Origin: Nitrospirales bacterium
Lineage (GTDB): Bacteria; Nitrospirota; Nitrospiria; Nitrospirales; UBA8639
NCBI GenBank assembly: GCA_965203295.1
Contig: CBDBCZ010000014.1
Span: 672,001-736,000, forward strand
Direction: 5' to 3'
DNA: 64,000 nt
In this document: piece after piece, positions 38,157 through 52,028 of the stretch
How positions within the stretch are numbered: the first letter of the stretch is position 1
Layout of the letters: every line of letters begins with the position of its first letter
Program-made: the position numbers and the translations under genes
The notes under the pieces: generated by a model
The model's database searches: none
What the model was told of the DNA's origin: nothing
Seen by the model: the letters and a program-made list of their open reading frames with translations, nothing else

Positions 38157-38401
38157 CATGATATGTACGTACATACATGTAGTTGTCAATACACAATTTC
38201 TATACATGTAATAAGCTAATCATTTTAGGATACAGTAATATATATAGCATTGCAAGTAATATGCTGCAGTTTGCCTTCTGCATGATATGTACGTACATAC
38301 ATGTAGTTGGCAATACATACTTTCTATATGTGTAATAAGCTAATCAATTTAGGATACAGTAATATAATTATAGCAAGTAATAAGCTGCAGTTTGCCTTCT
38401 G
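38157..38401. repeat. Two-copy tandem duplication, ~123 bp
   Basis: CATGATATGTACGTACATACATGTAGTTG...GCTGCAGTTTGCCTTCTG occurs twice. Confidence 0.85.
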
Positions 38402-38918
38402 CAGCATTAATTGCACCGCACACTATGTGCTATCTCATACTGTGATGTGCTATAATCAAAGTATTCCCAAGTAGTACACAGAGGGACTGATCACGGATAA
38501 AGACACATCTTGACTCAGCCGCTGACTCATTACTGTACACGCTAGGATGTTCTGATCATCAAAGCCATAGAACTAACAGTTGCTGGCCAAATCATCACCA
38601 GATCCAATCCATCCTAACAACATGGAATCATCATTGGTCAAAATAGAGAAGCAGCACAGAAGACTCCTACCTGTGTGCGTACCTCCAAGTGAACCTGGAC
38701 AAATACATGTACTAGCATATCTTTGCATGGTGGAAAACCTGACTCCTTGATTACTACACAGGAACGTGTCCTACTTTCCAAAAGAGAAAAAAGTGCTGGA
38801 TCCCATAACACCTTCAACGGAAAGTGAAATAGAATTCAAAAGGGAAGTTAAGCATTCATAGAAAGCAGATATGCCTTTACAGACAAGGAAGAGGAACTGC
38901 TGTGGAGTTCCAGAATTT

Positions 38919-39270
38919 TTCCAGCCGCAACGCGCGCAGTGCGTGAACGGCTGGTTCTATACTAAGATTGCTTTACGTTTTCCAAACAAATGAAAGGTAC
39001 TTCTATGTTAACTAGATGGCGAAAACCTGGAAGGCAGCCATAAAAATCCTGTTTTTGTGACGTATAGCTACTAACTGGCGAGTCAACACTTTCGCTGTAC
39101 TGCAATTGATTGCTTCTCAGTTTCTGTAGGATGCCTATTACAGCATAGACTAGTTACTATAATGTGTAGTTCTACGGCAGTTAGCTTGGCCTGAGCTGAG
39201 TTGTGTGTATTGTACGTGAAAGTCTCCCGGCTGGTTTTTAGACATGTAATGTCAGACTTGTTAGCATAGG
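38919..39270 (+). mobile_element. Helentron-like (HINE-type) element, same family as 57803-58264
   Basis: 5' CCAGCCG..CGGCTGG hairpin, ACTAAGATTGCTTTACGTTTTCC, and a 3' CCGGCTGG..GACATG..ATGTCAGACTTGTT block shared with 57803-58264 on the minus strand. Confidence 0.65.
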
Positions 39271-40237
39271 CTATAACTGGTAATATTACTTTCAGAAATA
39301 AGTTGGGCGAAATGCACTGTGCAAATACCATAGATTAATCATAATATTATATGCAAACATGTTATCTGCATGATATGTAGTGCACAAAATCAACTCAGTG
39401 TACATACCTATACCGATGGCTTGACTGTGACTGAGCTGGAGGGTTCTTCCTATAGAAAAACAGTCATTGTTCTGCAGGATTCACAATCTTTCTCTAAGCA
39501 ATGCAAAATGGACAAGCTAGCTTGCTGTATGTGCCTGTATTTAGCTGGACCTGCAACTTCCAGCAGTTTCTGTTACATAATTGTATATTATCTATGATAG
39601 AATATAGTTGGATGGTAATATACAATGTGTACATGATAAGTGCAGATGTGCAAAAAACTGGCAGACAAACTAACAGACAAACACAATAATGTAGAGTGTT
39701 CTTAGAACCAGCTTGGCACACATGAACACGAAATTCGCACCTTGCTAGTAGAAATGCATCAATTATGAACTACACGTATGTTCCTCCTTCATTTACTGGC
39801 CATGCAGGTTGTTGTGGCTAGTGTGTGCTCCTCTCTCTTCAGACTCAGTATTCCATCCACACACAAACTATGCATATGGCAAGCCAGCCAACAAGTGGAA
39901 TATATGTACTGGTAGGCTGGTGAGCTACAATGATCCTGTTTCGCAAGTTGCAGCTGCTAACAAGCCGGATAATTGTAGCTTCGTAATTCCAGTCTCCACT
40001 GCGAGCTTCAATTTCTTTGCACTAACACATACGTGACAAAAGTGGAGACTGGGAATGAGGTTACTTTCAGGTTATTTTTACAGCAATATTTCTTGGCCTG
40101 ACCTGTTACTTAGCAGAGCCTTGGGGGTTTAGCAGATCTTACTTTTTACAGTACTTGGTACAGCAATATGCAAGTGTGGATCTTATGTATACACACCCAT
40201 TTTACCTTAGACACGCATATACTATGTATGTGCATAC

Positions 40238-43200
40238 CTTTTGCAACTTTTAGCACTTCTTTTGCGTGGAGAATATCTCACTCCAAGAGGAGTCACTGTG
40301 TGGCTTCTGTGCTTCTTTAGTCCAGGAGCTGATCTGCTACCCTGCACTACTTGCAAAATGCACTCGGCTTCAACTTCAAGACACACATAGCTCTGCGAGA
40401 AAAAGAAATAGTCCAGGCACTTACTGGATAATTGTTCCATACTTGCAGTGGAGTACTATAATGTATTATGTATGTAAATCCAATCAATAGTTACTGTAGA
40501 TGAGCTTTTAAATTAAACATAATGTGAACATGTGTAGCAGGGGTGCAAGAATGGCCTTTGATAGAGCTAGCCAGATCTCCTAAAGCTATTCTTTTCACTT
40601 GCAGGACACTACAGTGGGTGATTTTCTGAACTTGACAATTTAATTGTTACTATGTATTGTTTCATCAATTTTCATTCATTGTATTGTTGCAATAGATATT
40701 GACGATTATACACTTATTGCCCTATAACATCAACAGAAAATTTAAAAATTGTTTTCCAAACATGCTAATTAGAATTTCCTCACTGGAATTGGAAGTGGTG
40801 CAATGTGATTTACGCTTCATTTGCTCTAGGATGTTGGTCTTCTCAGCACTTGTTTCAATTCTTTCATGAAGACAACATCCATGCTATTGCAAGAGGTACC
40901 ATTTAACACAAGTGTATGGCACTACAATGAGCATGCCACTAGAACGACATGTTGTATATGTACTGCAAACCTCATCTTTATCTCTCACACTTGCAACATT
41001 AACAGACAGTTGCTCACAGATGGAGTCTACCACATCATCATCTGGGCAGAAATTAAGGCAGATTGAAAGCTGCTTTGAAAATGCATTGATACTAAACACA
41101 GCAGTAAAATCCTCAGATAGTAGTTACAGCTGCAGTTTCAGACACCGAGATAGTGTAATGGCCTGCATGGTTCTAGTTGAAAACTGTGGCCTTGCACGCT
41201 CAGGTGCAGTATCATAGTAGAATATAGGAAAGCTGCAGCTCCTTTGTGAGAGAGACAAGAACATCAGTATAAACTTTGTACAATTCATTTATGGAACCGG
41301 TATAATATGAACGGTACAATTCATTTTTGGATATGAACATTATGTAGTACTTATTACGTTCACCATTGTTGAAAACAGCAAGTTATCAAAATACTTGCAT
41401 TACTGTAAATAATTCACACTGATGTTCAGCTACGTACATGTAGCTATAGCCTCGCTCTTATAGTCTCAAACTTTTCGCACAAAGTACAACACACAACATA
41501 CTACGTGCAAAAAGCTGGGGAGTGGAGACGAGAATTAGGCTATAGCTAGCTACATATAGCACACACACACACACACCTCTACATACCAGTCAATGGGTTT
41601 GCTCTCAGGTCAAGCACTATGAGACATGTATTCACTTTCAGCACTTCCAGAAGACTGACTGCCCCATCAGTAGTGACACCACAGGACTGGATGTCTATGG
41701 CTGGGAGTCACAGAAGTAATTGTACCATCACTACAGGCATAACTGTACTGAATTTACAATCCTGTGCGTAAATTACACATTCAAGTGACTGTATAAGATA
41801 TGATTGGATCTACAATGTATGAGTGTACACACTGTACGTATATGTTTTTTTTTCCACCTCACTGCTTTCCCAAAGAGCTTGACTTCTATATTTGGACTGC
41901 CACATTAAATAGAAGGTTATTCTATGACCCCCCCTTCTAGAGAAGGTTGGAAGAAGCTAACCCACATGTACGTACATACCTCTGAGGCACACATCATCTC
42001 TGAGTGCTTCTGCAAAGTCTTGTGCACCTTTATCCCCAATGTCAACGTTGAGGTTTAGTGTAACTCTGTGCAGACCTGGTATCTTTTCCAGTTTGAGCTT
42101 TTGTGATCGGAGGCTTCACTTTGTCTGTGCAGGCAATGATGCTGCAGAAATAATAAAGGTGTAGTAAAGAAATGTAGCCTCGTACCCGGATAGACCTATT
42201 ACCACCGTAGTAATGTATCTGAGATGTATATCAGTACATATATGTATATACAATCTCATTACTACGTAGCTACACGCAAGAAGTTCCTTCCTTTATTACA
42301 GCAAGAAAAATAGGCTTCTTAGGCTTCTCTCCAGTTCAATTCAGTGACAGCTTTAGTCCTTGTTTTGTAAGGCATGGTACCATACACAGGAAGAGCAACT
42401 AAAATGTGACTTCCAATCTTTAAAAGCCACTCTGGATACCTGTCTGCCAATCACCATGACTGAAGTGTTGGCAGAACTGTTAGTCTACCTCAGTGAATAC
42501 TTTAGTTTTGTTAGAAAGGGAAAGGAATCTATTTTGAATCCAAGCAACAACACCTCTTGTGATGTTCGTAAAATTCTAACTTCTAACCATCCTAGAGCGA
42601 TGGTACAGAAGTACAGACTGTTGCCACAGTTAGCAACACTGTTGTTGTGAGTGACATATTGTGCATGCAAATAACATGTAGTTGATACGTATCGCTAGAC
42701 TACAACCTTGATTAGGACTGCTACTGATGATGCTCCTTGGGATGACAGGCTGCATGCAGTGAGATCCAGCCACTCCAGAGAATAAGAGTTCGTCACTGCA
42801 CTGCAGATGACTGCATAATTAGGGAATATATTATTCAGCATCAGTATGAATCTTACGTACGTGTACTTTTAGCATGCTTAGAATGGTATCCACAACCAGC
42901 GTGGTCTGTACTGGCTCAGGTATGTATATGATATACAATCTAATTAAAGAAGGTGGTAATTAGAGAGCTCGATTGCAGGTACATGCATTGGATTAAGTAA
43001 CTCGGTATTATAATTTAAGCTATCATCAGCCACACTTCAGTAATTTACAACGCTTGTGATTAGGAGAAATACAGTAGTTTGGTTTGTTTGAGCAACACTT
43101 CATGTTCTGCCACCTAATAGAGCTCACCTTCTGCAGCCTTGTTCCCGATCTCAGATCCCTTCAGTGAAAGATGCACCAAGGATGAAGTTTTCAGCAATCC

Positions 43201-45428
43201 CTAAATATGGAGGTACGTAAGAAGATGGCCACACCAGGATTACTTCCTGGCAAACAGAATTCAATTTTAATATGGCACGGACTAAAAGCACTATTTAAGT
43301 ATATGATCGAGTGGTTCCAGTGGGGTTGGTACCTAAAATGAGTACCCTCAACAGTGAATCGTGCATCACCGTCCAAAGTCTTATGCTCAGCCCCGTGATG
43401 GAAAGGTGGGTCTAGCGCCCTGTATATTGAAAGTCGGGTTAACACTACGACAGTAGTCCCAGATCTGGACCGGCAATGCGAAGTGGATTTCACAGTTGCA
43501 TCCACGTCCTAGCCTCATTCCCAGCCACATTCACTCGCAAAAATAAACGGGAAAGGTAATTATTCCCCGTTTATTTTTGTGAGTGCACGTGGGGGGAGCC
43601 TGGGAACAAGGCTATCCATGTCGCTATCCATGTTTACTCGTTGGTGTCCCAACATATAAGAAAATTGTTCCATCTGCCTACATATATCCTGTGCCTATGG
43701 TTGGATGCTCCTGTCTCTGTTACAATTGCTCACTATGTTTATTCTGGAGCCCCGTCGGTCTGATTTAAATTGTCTATACCCATCCTGTTTCATAAAATTA
43801 ATCATTAATCATAGTCATAAATCTTTTCCCCTTTTCCTTTTAAATTTTTATTATCATAAAGTTGTCGTGTTTTTTATGTGGTTTTGATCTATGTCTGGAG
43901 TCAAAAAGAGAAAGAAAGAAAAAAAAAAAAAAAAAAAAAAAAATAGTGCTCTATACTTGATATACCCCCACTACCCTACACTTCTGTCTCCTCTTCTGAT
44001 TACAATTATTTCTCCTCTCTTCTGATCTCCTTATGATGATCTCCCTTCTGTACATGTGTTCCCTTTAGTCTCATGCATATCCCTGCACTGTACTCCTTAC
44101 TACTGCACGTATCCCTGCACTGTACCCCTTATTATCGTATGTATCCCTGCACACGTCTCATAGGCCAGTTTTGGCCTGCTACCCCAGGGGTGAGACTCTA
44201 AAATGATTATCTATCTATCTATCATATAGGGGCAGTACTGGCTGTACACACTGTACATACTAGCAAGTGTAATGGATATGCCCCCCATACTGTTTAGGCT
44301 AGCCAATGCACAATTTAGATATGTGGTATTGTAGATACAAAGCTGCCTTCACATCTACGTACATTTTGTATATCATATTCTGCACTAACTGCACTTACCT
44401 GTGCTAAACACTTGTAGTCTTTCAGCTGTAGGTGGATGCCTTCAAACACGAGAGGCTTAGGGCACTTGAGGCACACAAGCACCCTCGAACAGATCTATCA
44501 TGAAGTCATTCCGTTATATATCAGTAACTGCAGTGATGTATATACTGCAGAGCACAAGCTTAATTAGTGTGATAAAAGTACCTTAGGGTTCGAAATTACA
44601 TTGATTATTAACTGAAGATCAATGCACATATCTTAATGCAGCTAGAACTACTGTACTAGTTGTCTAATTAGGGTTCTATTCTACTAACATGTGATACACA
44701 TATGTACCTCTAACACTGCAAGAGCTGCGGTATGTGTACATCAACTGCACAGGTACACACTTGACAATGCTGTACACTGGGCTTCTATTAGGCACACCAT
44801 GTCTCAAATGTGGAACAGCAGCAACTCTTTGGTACTTTACACCATCTGCAGGACAGACAGAGAAGTAACATTTGCTAGTAATAGATGACAGTGGTCTAAG
44901 ACTAATGTTTCTTTGTACATACGTAGATTACTTAATATACCTGCACAGCAGTCAATCAACTGGAAGCTTTCTGCTTATACTGTACACAAAGTTGCCCTGT
45001 ACTAATGTACATCTAGCCTCGTTCCCAGGCCCTCACTTCATTTGGTTGCATGAAGGCTAGCTAATATACTTGTAAAAAGTTACTGGATTAATGGAGATAC
45101 TATCTAACTATAATATGTATTGGTGTATTGACCACATTTACAGTAGACAAAAGTCTAATTACATACCAATGCTTCTCACAGTTGGGTAAAGTCTTTCCTC
45201 CCATTTGTCTATGAAGACAACAGTATGCAGTGCCTTGTTGATCTGTAAAGCAGTCAGAAGTGGGTGCCAGTCGTTTCTCTTAGCCTTGTAGACCCGGCAA
45301 CTCAGCACTCCTTCCTTGGCTCCACTGCGGATACTGGCTATATGACACGTGTCCTCCAGGGCACACAGACTTTCATAGTAAGCTACGAAGTCTTCAGCTC
45401 CTCGCTGACGAATGCAAACAGCCTCCAT
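40238..45428 (-). pseudogene. CEP78: CEP78 pseudogene, right copy (more complete)
   Basis: Mirror exons plus exons lost from the left copy: ~44400-44490 (LVFEGIHLQLKDYKCLAQ, disrupted upstream), ~43129-43200 (GLLKTSSLVHLSLKGSEIGNKAAE) and one near 42490-42650. Confidence 0.82.
43620..44224 (+). mobile_element. Probable 3' ends of retroposed elements in a CEP78 intron
   Basis: A-rich/poly(A) tract at 43902-43942, then a segment ending in a hairpin (GTCTCA..AGGCCA..TGGCCT..TGAGAC) and a (CTAT)n tail. Confidence 0.45.
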
Positions 45429-46612
45429 CTAAGGATGAAATAGCAATTTCTGATATAGAGAAACTAGCTATACCGTACCAAGGACAAGCTGCTCTGAATA
45501 CAGTTAACTCCCTATAGCTACGTACTATATACATATATTTCTTCCTGGTAGGATTAGCTGCATTGTCTTGCAAGTGCATGTAAACCACTGATTCAAAGGA
45601 CTATGGATGATGTTCAAGCACCTATTTCACAACATATATGTGAATAAGGTGCTTTGCACACATTTTGCTAAACAATTGTGCCAAAACTTAAATGCAGCTG
45701 TTGCAAGTCTATACTAAAATGACAGTAGAAGAAATGGTGGGACTAATCTTTCATTCAATGCGATGATAAAGGGCCCATCAGAAGGTTATATAATATCCTT
45801 GCCTAAGTGCAAATGTGACAGATAAACGGAATGCTGTCCAAGTCCTCCATCAAACAACTTCAGTGATATACTCCATGAATTTGTGTGCACATGTGGTAAT
45901 AGGTAAACAGAAAGATCTCTGCATTGCAATTATAATCACAGGAAAATTGGTGTGGCTAGGTACATTCCCACTGAAGACTGAATATTTTTCTTCTTACTGA
46001 GCAGATCATTAGCCTCATCCCCTGCATGCACGAAACATTATACGGGCAGGCCTGGGAAAGAGGCTAGCAGTGTATCAAAGGTATATAAGGGTCACCAACA
46101 CCTTCAGGTGCTGGGAGCAGTAAGTGTAGTGTCTGGAGACACTGGCCATAGAGCTGCATATGGGACACGAGTTCAAATCCTGGTTCAGCAAAAACCCAAT
46201 GAAGGTTTGGAGTAGCTATGGTACAGGGCTGGGTGTTTCCCTCTTGCTGTGGAAACTGGTACATGTACGTACGCCATATCAGCTTCCCACAGTGTTTCAG
46301 ATACCATCATTTTTACAACCCAATTTGGTATCTTTCACGGCTGATCCAGCATTCCAGTACACTACTTAAATGCTGCAGCTACAAGTATAGGCAAATCAGG
46401 ATTCTAGAGGTCTGGCACACAAAGAAAATTAGGATTGTTGCCACGATAATATATAGAATCTGTAGGTGAAGGCTACAGAGGTTTGCAAGTTGGTTGTCAA
46501 CAGGAGAAGGCAAATAGCCAGTGGCTCTCAAGTATTTAATTAGGTTAGGCTGTCAGAATCAAAGGCTAACAGTTTACACAGTTTCTGCTGTAACTTTCAT
46601 TTGCCTACTGCA

Positions 46613-49430
46613 CAACTCATGTTGCTGCCGTAGCGCTTACGCCATTGACCATGCACCCACATACGCAGGCGGAGCTTGAAAGATCTCCAGTCAGAGGACA
46701 AAAGCAAGACCCTCCAGTTGTCTCGCCATTACCATCCTGATCGCCATATAATCTATTCTTCCTAGTATCCCAGATTAATAAAATAAAACTCTAAACTAGC
46801 CTTAATAAAGCCCTAAGTCTTTCCCAATTCTCACACCCTAAAACAAAGCCCGTCCTCTCGAAATTATTGAGTGCACTAAACTCTTCAAAACTTCCACCCA
46901 TTGCAACAGTTTGTCCAAATCTTCCATGAAAGTACTTCTAATAGTATCATACGCAGGACACTCCCAGAGCACATGTACTACACTCTCACATTCATCCCCG
47001 CATACGTAACTTACACTGCCTATCATCATTTTTACCCCGATGTCTTCCTAACTCTTCATTCAGACCATTAGTACTAGATTAAACATCAATCGTGTTCCTG
47101 GATCCCCAACCCCCTGCAAGTAATTTTTAAATTCTATTCCTTACAAAAAGACTTGTAAAGTCTATTAAGTTTAATTTTATTATTTAAGCCATCATTAAAA
47201 TCTTTATATTCTCTGCATCTCAATGCTTTATCTACTCTCTCTATAAACAAGTTTACATTATAATTTTTAGCTATTATTTCCTGACTGTCTAGATTTAACT
47301 ACAGCGACAATTCACTATTACTTTCCTCCGAGTCTTCCTCTGCCTACCCCTGCACGGCTTCACCTCCCACTCACTGTCTAGTAGTAGTCTAGGATATCTC
47401 TCAGCATTCAAATTATTGACTTTATACCACCCCTTAAGTTTGCATCTATCCCTCTTGCCTTTCAAGATTCTAACCCCATATCCTCCCTTACTGCTTCATT
47501 ACACGTTTTAGAAGAGCAGCCAAGCATCTTTTTAGCTGCTCCTAGCTGAATAGATTCCAAGGAAGCTGTCTGCCTTTTATTACAAGCCCACACTTCACTA
47601 TCATATTCTAAAGTAGGGCGAAGTACCGAAACTAACAATAATTATCCTTCTTGCAACTGTACTGATATTCCTATTACTTAAAAACCTATAAAATTAATTC
47701 GGTTTTTTCTTTCCTTTATTCATTACTTTCTGTACATGACTATCCCATGAATCATTCTTAGCAAATTTAATACACACACTTGTATTAACCTGTTTACTCT
47801 TTTTTATGTTAGATTTCAACCTCTATTTATTACAAAACCCCTGCACTATATTAATTAAGGTTTGTAAGTCCTCAGCATTAGTAGTTAAGCCTACAAAATC
47901 ATCAGCAAACATCAGACCCCCAACCTTAACATCCTTTTTAACAGTAATGCCAATCCCAGCCTTCTCAACCTCATCTAACAACTGATTAATAAAAACGGAA
48001 AAGAGGATAAATGACACACTACAATCCTGTGCCACCCCGACCTATATTGAATGGCTCAGATACTTCTCCCTCCAGTAAAACAGCACTCTGTTAATAACTC
48101 TCCACATCCTACCCCAAACCCAAAGTTCCCATAACTTATACCATAAACCATGATGCCAAACTGTGTCAAATGCTTTCCGAACATCTAAGAAACAGGCGTA
48201 AGTGTGCTTTCCTTCCCTCATTCTACCTTGTACAATTTTTAGAGTAAAGATGTTATCAACACAACTCCTTTTCTCTCTAAATCCTGCCTGACCCTCATGA
48301 AGAGCCCTTTCTGCTTCTAATCTGCTTACTAAGCGATTATTTAGAATCTTACTAAACACCTTTCCTACCACGTTCAATAGTGTAATGCCCCTGTAATTAC
48401 CTGGGTCCTCTTTCTTATACAATCTAACAATTAACCCTTGTCTCCATTGTTTAGGAATACTCTCCTCTGTCCAAACTACCCCATACAAGACTTCCAACAG
48501 ATTAGCCATCCCTTTGCCACCGTACTTGAAAAGCTCCCCAACTAGCCCATCATTACCTCCTGTTTTATCATCAAACTGATCATCCACAGATGCTGTACCC
48601 AACCTTTCATAATGCTCACGTAATACTTCCAACTTTCCTTTAGTACTGGTTACACATGAACCTAAAGTACTCCCCAAAGAAGCAATACCCTTACGACTAC
48701 CTTTTGAAGTACTGCCAACAAATGCCCAGAACTCTTTCCTGTTTGCATAAAAATCTTTATTAGCCTTTTCAATCACCTCATTCCAACTATCTAATTTTTT
48801 TCTTACATACCAATTCCTTGATTTCTGACCGTAATTTGTAATACTCCCCCCATTTCTCTTCCCTGCCACTGCTAATCTCCTTATAAACCTGTCTCCTCAA
48901 CCTAATCTTCTCTTTAATCTCAGCATCTCACCACCTCGCTGCTTTGCCACACACTATCACCTTTTCCCCAATTTCTTTTGATGCTACCCTCTTGACTGTC
49001 TCTTCCCAACCCTGAACCACTGCCTTCACTAATTCTGATCCCCTCAACCCCAGTCTTCCATTGACGTACCCTTCCTTTAAACCCATCTACTTCTACACTT
49101 AAGGCTTCCTGATACTTCTGTCGCACTTCCTCGTCCTGAAACCGTTCAATGCGCCATTTCTTAATCACCCGCTTCTGTTGTTTAGTGGTTTTTACAGTTG
49201 TCCTACCCAATTCCATCCATACCAGAAAGTGATCCGATTTTCCTATATCCACTGTGTCTAACTGCACACTCCCTGAAACCTGCAACAAGTTGGAATCAGT
49301 AACTATATAATCAATGATAGACTTTTGCTCCAGAGAAGGTCTAGCTCTAGTCCACTGTGGTTCCACAGTGAACTCGCGGCCTTTACAGACTACTATCTCA
49401 ACCTCATTTAAAAAGGAAATTATTGCACTG
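46613..49430 (-). mobile_element. Degenerate APE-RT LINE (RTEX/L2-group; clade not resolved)
   Basis: SIIDYI..SDH (APE end), PGNYRGITLLNVVGKVF, QAGFR, FLDVRKAFDTV, LMFADD and C-terminal C..ESVVHVLWEC, with many stops and frameshifts. Confidence 0.9.
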
Positions 49431-50223
49431 GACAACCAACCTGCAAACCTCTGTACAGCAACATGTGGACACAGAAGAAACATCTCTTCTCCATCAGCAG
49501 CCAACATGCAAGAAAACAAGTTTAAACAACCAATCTCATCTGCATAATAATACAAGACCTTCACAGTTATTGTAGGGGCTAGAATTACTACTGCGTGTGT
49601 CTGATCACACAACACTATCAACAATTCCTGCTGAGGAGGCATCATCATTCACGCAAAGTACAGTTTCCCTTATTGGCAGAGCCACATCCACGCATGCAAT
49701 ACGGCCGTGGCAAATCACCGCAATGAAGCCATGTGGTAGCTCTGTTCGCAGTAGCAAGACCGCTCTAAAGTCAGTAGGCATTGTGTGCCAGAGTGCACTC
49801 CTACCTGAGTGAATCAGGCAAACAAGCCAATCATTTTGTAATGATGACCAGCCTTTGTACTCTCTTAACACTATAAGTGTCTTTGGCTATCCTGGTATTT
49901 TGCTCTAGGTGTATATGCCATTGTGGAGTAATTTATTGAGTCATACAAGTTTCATTTGTAAAGGTTTACAGTTGCTGATGCTAATAATTTTCCTTATGGA
50001 CACCCTAAAGCTCCCCTACTGCACTCACCAAACATGCAGCACGTGCAGTCAGTCAAGAAAGCCACACCTCGCGATCGTCGCAGTTGCCTGCATTGCAGCA
50101 GTCTGGGGCCCATTGTGTGCGCTCTTCCTTGTCTCACTAGGCAGTTTTTTTAGTAGTTTGGCCCTAATGGCTTCCTGTAGGCTGTGCTACCTGATTATCT
50201 TATTAGCCAACAGTGACGAATGG

Positions 50224-51657
50224 TGTAGTGCGGTGGTTAGTGGAAAAGCGCCGTTAGTGGAAACGCAACATAATTGTGTGGGTGGAGGCTGGCGCGCGAT
50301 CGCTCTTTTATTATTAAATTTTTATCTCTTATGGGTACAGCTTGCGACCACGTGGAGAAGATCCACCGGCGAGTACTATATGGTCTCGACGAGACTAGGC
50401 AGTACAGTGATGCAGCGGTTGCCAAAACTGGAACAAGTAAGTATAAATCTTGCATGGACTTCTACAGCTACTTATCAAAATTATCAGAGGTCTCTTTGGT
50501 TTTCCGCTCGGTCTGGAAACAAGACAATAGGCTAGCTAGCAAAATATTTACTAAGCTGGCTTGGGTGTTGATTTTTGTGGTGCTAGTGTATAGAAGTAGA
50601 TGACACTACCAAGGGCCCAGTACATCCCAGTCCTCGTGGGTGCAAGGAGCAACATTTTAAACTAGATGCTCTGTGGTAGGCAGCAGAATGCTGCAATGTT
50701 TTTCGCCGTTACATTCAATGTCCTTTCTTCATAGGCTGAATGGGGGAAAAGTGCACTTTGTTTTAATTTGACCTCCTGTGGAGAAGCTGCATGAAAATTA
50801 GATGTAGAACGCAGTTGGCGGCATGCATGTCTTGGTCGCAAGGTTTTAATGGAGAGTGGGATAGAATGTATTATTATGGACTTCAACTCAAACTCAACTC
50901 TGTACAGCAAATATGCATGTGCCTTACAAAAACAGAGTGGTCATGGAACGTTCTAGAATACCGTAAACTCTGGTTGTTAGGCGCACCTCGCTATTAGGCG
51001 CATGATATTTATTAAGCGCATGCTTCCTTCCCGGTCGTGGGTATTATTTGTTTAGCGCATGCTAAGAAATGCCAAAACACTCTAGAGAACTCTCTAGGTA
51101 TATACATGCTCGACTACGCTTCCGCATACATTCAGCAAAGCAACAGCGCGTCTGTCAGTGAGCTAGCGTTTCCGGCTTCTTGGTTAACCAGAAGAATTTC
51201 GCCAAGTCGTGGAGTCCATATCTCCTTGAAGACATGATGGCCATGGATTACACTTTCTTGGAGGAGGATGAAGTCTTCGAATACTTCGCCAATACTCACC
51301 ATCTCGCTACTCTCAGCTTTTTAAAACACGACTACGAAAATAGCTGTATCTGCACGCATCTTGCATTGTCACGTGTTGGGCGTGGCTGCAATAATTGCAC
51401 CCTTATTAGCGCACATCCTCTATTAGGCGCACGGTTGCTTACAACCTAGAGTCATAAGCGCATGCGCTTATTAACCAGAGTTTACGGTATACATGTACAT
51501 GCGAGTAGAGAGCTGGTGTTAAGGCATACAGAAAAGTGAATGGACTGAATGGAAGTGTGCATGAAGTCAGTGGAGACAGTCAGCTGTAGAATTTTAATTC
51601 GCATGAATTATTGTGCGTTTGCACTAACGGCGCTTTTCCACTAACTACCGCACTACA
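50224..51657. mobile_element. Non-autonomous Ginger-like DNA transposon
   Basis: TIR of at least 36 bp, TGTAGTGCGGT(G/A)GTTAGTGGAAAAGCGCCGTTAGTG, with TGT..ACA termini and 5-bp TSD AATGG (50219-50223, 51658-51662). Confidence 0.8.
50961..51487. mobile_element. Tc1/pogo-type MITE nested in the Ginger-like element
   Basis: TIR CCGTAAACTCTGGTT, TA TSD, TAAGCGCA/TAGGCGCA subterminal motifs as in 36350-36984. Confidence 0.85.
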
Positions 51658-52028
51658 AATGGCACCCCATATACCATTTGGTATCCACTTGATAGCATGA
51701 AAGACTTTGTCAAAGAGGCCAACTCCAAAAGTTGAATTATACTATGTTGTAGATTTGTGCTAATGTATATGATTGTGTTTGGTTCTATACAGCAACGGTA
51801 AAAAGCAGATACTTCATATGGAGGGACAATTCCCTATACCACTCAATGTTCTGAAGAAGTATCAGCATCCTCTAGAGTACAAGTATGCTGTATAGATCTC
51901 CGCATATGACAAGCCCAGAGGACTGTTACGAGATACTTCCAGGAGCATCAGATTTGACGAATCGTTTGCTCATAATTCGTAACCCCAAAAATGAAGATAT
52001 GTTAACTTGGTTATAAGTTTAAGTATAG

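Larger units (their letters stand above)
28200..50100 (-). repeat. Right arm of the inverted duplication, longer because of arm-specific segments
   Basis: Mirror of 4090-18063 plus segments absent from the left arm: 34338-35201, 36350-36984, ~37736-40107, ~42452-44485 and ~46480-49770. Confidence 0.93.

Noticed and set aside
4090..50100. Palindrome arms as giant TIRs of one Maverick or virus-like element
   Set aside because: The arms contain intron-bearing host pseudogenes; no polB, capsid, packaging ATPase or terminal TSD was found.
49909..50535. 208-aa ORF
   Set aside because: It crosses the arm end and a transposon boundary and has no recognisable motif; likely a chance ORF.
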